Source: Asterias rubens
Lineage: Eukaryota
Length of the DNA stretch: 64,000 bases
Direction: 5' to 3'
Assembly (NCBI RefSeq): GCF_902459465.1
Contig: NC_047081.1
Location: 4,278,001 to 4,342,000 of the forward strand
Below are positions 63,786 to 64,000 of the stretch, piece by piece (position 1 is the first letter of the stretch; each line of letters begins with the position of its first letter). The position numbers and the translations under genes were made by a program. Under the pieces are notes generated by a model. The model saw only the letters and a list, made by a program, of their open reading frames with translations. It was not told the origin of the DNA and did not search any database.

Positions 63786-64000
63786 ACAATTAATTTTAAA
63801 ATAATTTTAAAAATAATTTTTTTATTGCTGTGGTTGGTTAAGCAAATTAGCTTGATAATGATATGTGGAATTCCCTCCTTTAGTGAACCCTTCGACTCGT
63901 CAACCATTTAGAGGATCTTTGGATCTTTTATCCTGCACCCTGATCCTCTGTAATGTCAGCTCCTCATCTTGCCTTCACATAAGATCCTAAGTCAGTCTCA

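Noticed and set aside
1-64000. A prokaryotic or viral defence/operon-type system
   Set aside because: Spliceosomal introns, low coding density, SINEs and MITEs show this is animal nuclear DNA, and no such genes are present.

Overview
AT-rich, intron-containing animal genomic DNA. The repeat content and the style of the TRIM N-terminus suggest an echinoderm such as a sea star, but this is inference. I reconstructed three complete multi-exon genes by hand, with GT-AG junctions whose phases all agree. ZFAND4 is on the minus strand (9 coding exons, 547 aa). Head-to-head with it are two tandem SLC9B/NHA-family cation/H+ antiporter paralogs on the plus strand: A (9 coding exons, 653 aa) and B (10 coding exons, 657 aa). 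A fourth locus is a single-exon RING/B-box/coiled-coil/NHL-type TRIM gene on the minus strand whose RING segment is broken by an in-frame TAA-TAA. The remainder is dense with non-autonomous transposons (Kolobok-, PIF/Harbinger-, hAT-, Merlin- and Helentron-like), tRNA-derived SINEs and a Penelope-like remnant. No transposase ORF, intact tRNA/rRNA gene or CRISPR array was seen. The most notable signals are: (1) paralog B has EN in place of the catalytic DD motif and gains a private acidic, N-glycosylatable exon directly after that helix; (2) paralog A keeps DD and carries four YxxP motifs at exact 9-residue spacing in its N-tail; (3) the TRIM lesions are confined to the RING end while 511 downstream codons stay open.
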